In this document: piece by piece, positions 60,601 through 64,000 of the stretch
How the letters are laid out: each line of letters begins with the position of its first letter
How positions within the stretch are numbered: the first letter of the stretch is position 1
Assembly: GCA_977016875.1 (NCBI GenBank)
Contig: CDRNST010000126.1
Span: 310,001 to 374,000, forward strand
DNA: 64,000 nt
From: Pavona decussata
Taxonomy: Eukaryota
Direction of reading: 5' to 3'
The notes under the pieces: model-generated
The model's database searches: none
What the model was told of the DNA's origin: nothing
The model's input: the letters and a program-made list of their open reading frames with translations, nothing else
Translations under genes and position numbers: made by a program

Positions 60601-62088
60601 GCATCGCAGTCCGATAGTTTCAAAATCCATCATACACTCTTCCTCGGTTTTTCCCTCACAATCAGTGTCTGGGTCATCCTCGCATTTACGGATATTGTAT
60701 ACTTGAAATATTCAAATAAAAATGAAAATAACTTATCGGTAATTCTCAGTAGTCCAGACGTTCAGCTAAGTGGCATGTGAAACGAGATATCTCGGCGCCT
60801 ATCCAGGAACCAAAATTGTAGGAGTGGCGTTCAAGTTAAAAAAGAAAATGAAAAATTCACCGTCGTATGTTCACGTTCTCCACAAAGCCTTGAATTTGGA
60901 CATTTCACGTTGTTGTTTTGCAGGGGACGGCAGAGCATTTTTTTTTTTGCTCATTAAACCTATTGTTTTCCGGCGTTGTCGTTGCCGTCGCCGTCCTCGT
61001 TGCTTAAGCTCCCTAAGATCTACCAAGATCCCCAAGATCCACCACTACTGAGTTTCCCCTTAAATCTTATCGTTTACTGTCTCTTACGAACCTGGGCCCG
61101 GTTAAATAAAGCATCTTAAGATAAGTGAGAGTCGATAAAATCTTTTGGAACGCGGGACTCGACTGCAGAAAATTCACACTTATCTTAAGATACTTTATGT
61201 AACCGGGTCCTGCATCCCTGTGAACAGATTTGCTGCAGTTAAGGAGCACGATTATGAATAATGCCAGTTAATTAGAAGACTCAAAATTTATTAATGTGAT
61301 ATCCATAACATTAAGCAAGGCAAAAAATACGGTCAAATGTATCCAGTTGTTTAGTTCTCATCATAGTTGAATATTTGGCACATATGAATTAATGAAGCTT
61401 CAGTAGAGGTCTCTTACGTTCTTTATACGGTATCGATGCTTGCAGCACTGATATTCTTTGTATCCATGTGTCTGCCAGAATCTCCCCACTTCCGGTGTCA
61501 CTAGCCGAACCAGTCTCCAAACCCGAAGCGGAAGTTTCTTCATAAACCTCGTTATCTGGAGGAACGAAACAAATGATTATCACTTCGAATCACTACACCT
61601 AGTTGATGGTCCAAATGAATAGAGTTTACGGATAGTACTCCACCACTCTATACACCTAGGGCGGCTACAGAACCAACAGAGGCTGCCACCCAAATGACCC
61701 CCCACACTCCCCGTGTGTCCTTTCTCTCCCCTTCTCTCAGCTATGTAATGACCCGATAAAACACGTGCTGCGAGTTTCAAAAACATTCCTGGAAAAGCGT
61801 GTGTCAATAGAGTTCACAACAACTATGCTTTTGTGAACGTTGGAAATTAGCATCGATAAAAACACCGCATACTAATAAGGGGGAGGTTTATCGATATAAA
61901 GTCACTGCACGTGATGTATTATCGACCATTTGATAGGTCAATGTGAGTCTTTTAAACAGCTGATAACTACCTTTCACTTGCAATCCAATATATAGTGAGG
62001 AGTCAAACTTGTTATACTTACTATTTCCGAGAGCACTGATAGCAAAGAGGAACAAAAGAGAACCAACCCAGACAGAATTTAACTTCAT
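57083..62088 (-). CDS. Secreted ShK-domain protein with Tyr/Pro-rich, Thr-rich mucin-like and APYP-repeat regions (~493 aa)
   Basis: Phase-consistent exons 62088-62022 (signal peptide MKLNSVWVGSLLFLFAISALG), 61555-61418, 60701-60567 (CEDDPDTDC..C..CLWTCRHC), 59749-59624 (CKDQERHCRRWARRGDC..YMMQNCKFSCEFC), 58627-58287, 57757-57083. Confidence 0.82.
58686..58930. mobile_element. PIF/Harbinger-type MITE with internal TTATCCA-TGGATAA repeats (related short element 61092-61212)
   Basis: cag-gccccggctgctcaaagagtggataac ... gttatccactctttgaacaatcggggc-cag. Confidence 0.8.
59860..59995. repeat. (CCTT)n-like polypyrimidine tract
   Basis: Degenerate CCTT/CTTT repeats. Confidence 0.85.
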
Positions 62089-62976
62089 TTTCTTGGAAAA
62101 AAAACTTTCCCTAAAATAAAATCGAGAGATAAATACAACAAATACCATGAAAATTGCACTCAACATCAACAACTCTTGAAATTAAATATTAATTTCAGCC
62201 CATGAATGTTAATACACCCAAGACCATGCAGGGTTGAGATATCAACAGACGAATTGTATTTCCGTTCAATGACATCCAGCCTAAGAAGGGAACGCTAGGC
62301 AGTGTGATGTGTACTAATAAAGGGTCCTCCACCACTGTTCTGGTAATTTGCTCAACATGAAGCTGGAGTGCTCTACAAGCATCACCTGACGGTTATCGAG
62401 AAGGCGTGCGGAATGAAACAAAACTGAGATGAAAATTGAGCTGAAAACATGAAAGAAAGATGACTACCTCACAGTGATCTTAAAGAACTTCGGGAAAGGC
62501 TAGAGAGTGCCAGTTGTACTCCTTGAAAGTTTTGGCAAGGATGTGCCTCCCGATTAAAAAAATTCGTAACCCTATTTCAGACCAATCTACGTTATTCTCT
62601 TTGTCCGTATTCAGAAATGAAGTCTGCTCATCTGAATAAAAAATGCTCAATCGCATTTTGTAATTTACAATGAAGTGTATTAATTATTCTCATTTTCGTG
62701 AAAAACTTATCAATACGTCAATAAACACTAGCGGTTGCAGTAAAAGCCATACTTATTTTAGAACAGAATGTTTAAAAAAATTCAATTTCAGACAAAAGTG
62801 GGAAAATCTATAAACAATTTTCAGGACAAGGCAGTGTTGCTTACATAGGCCGGGGGCGAATCCCTCCGGCCAAGAACGCTTGCATAATTAAAACGTGCAC
62901 TTTAATCCAATTACCTTAACATGTTTAGCTTATGCGACTTTCAAAAACTCAGAAAAGAGCGTCATTTGATGAAGCT

Positions 62977-63797
62977 CAGGCCCGTAGCAAGACTAAAACA
63001 ACTAAGGGGGCTCAGCAAAATGGTTAAAAAAAGATAACTACTCCCCCCCCCCCCCCCCCAAAAAAAAAAAAAAATAGACTGATTAGGGAGTTTTAGATGC
63101 AACGAAAACATAAAAAAAAAAACAGAAAAAAGTAGATTTAGTAAGTAAAACAATAACTTTGCACCTGCATCAAACTTTTTGGTACATTTTTTTTTCTGTT
63201 TCTTTTACGTGGACCACCATGTGAAGTTTCCTAATTTCACGTTTGAAGGAGGACGTAAACAAACGACGACAAATTTTCCTTTCTCTTTCAAAATTTGGTT
63301 TTAACCTGGCAGTAAGAATCCGACTGTGGGAGAATTTTTTCTCTGGCTCTTGAGAGGACATATTTGTGTGTCTTTCGACAACGTGCGAACACTAAATTGT
63401 TATACACTAAGGAAGTCTAAGGACATTAATTTTGTATTGCTATAAATGAGCGGATGCCCTAGAAAACAAGTTGTTTATTTTAACAGCTTTTAGGGCTTAA
63501 AATTGGTTGATTTCGATCCATTTTGGTTCTTATTTCCAATTCACAAGGTAGGAGTGCCCTTTCTGTTGTTGTTGTATATAAAAACAAACTGTTAGCGAAG
63601 GAAACTGAAAGGTAGTAAACACATTTTTAAAGGGCTGTGAAACGGCATTTGCAGCGTCAGAGTTAAAGACTGATTGCTGCACATTAATTTGATTTAATTA
63701 TTTATTTTTTGGCAAACTGTTTTGTAACTTCCAAAATTTCTGGGTGGGGGGGGGGGGGCCTCAAGCCCCCCCTGCCCCTCCCCCTGCTACAGGCCTG
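62977..63797. mobile_element. Non-autonomous TIR element with nested MITE fragment
   Basis: TIRs caggcccgtagca / tgctacaggcctg; flanking AAGCT duplicated (62972-62976, 63798-63802). Confidence 0.7.
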
Positions 63798-64000
63798 AAG
63801 CTTCTTTAATATTACAATGTAATCAAATTTCCAATAATAAATTTTTTTTTCATGCTTTACACTCTGGTTATCCCAATTTTGAACTGGAGAAGTAGAGAGG
63901 GCGTATGAGTTCGATTGTTAAGTCCTCCCTTTTCCATAGTTCAGGAAATAAATGATAGAGCAAATCCTAAATCTGATCTTCCCCGAATTATTTAAGGCAG

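Overview
Eukaryotic, AT-rich, intron-rich DNA with two assembly gaps (508-645, 36035-36163). The gene content (USOMP5-like skeletal-matrix domain, ShK protein, single-exon GPCR) and repeat landscape point to a cnidarian, most likely a stony coral (inference). Spliced genes reconstructed by hand from GT-AG sites and exon phases: the 3' part of a PREPL/oligopeptidase-B-like S9A peptidase (+), a two-exon 75-aa secreted peptide precursor that the ORF track misses (-), DHRS7-like SDR (+), an intronless class-A GPCR (+), a SP-F5/8-PAN-EGF-USOMP5-like mosaic protein (-), a decayed multi-exon gene (-) and a ShK x3/Tyr-Pro/Thr-mucin/APYP-repeat secreted protein (-). Intergenic and intronic DNA is full of MITEs, SINEs and LINE/Penelope relics. 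The most interesting object is an apparently intact 2.1-kb Crypton (tyrosine-recombinase DNA transposon, ~42077-44179) whose ends are fixed by an empty paralogous site in the same window. It carries an inverted internal copy of its own circle junction on a 156-nt hairpin with three tandem G.A pairs and a GNA triloop that form on one strand only. The same layout and apical motif recur in several unrelated non-autonomous repeats here, suggesting mobilisation via a folded single-stranded DNA substrate like CTXphi attP(+) or integron attC (hypothesis).
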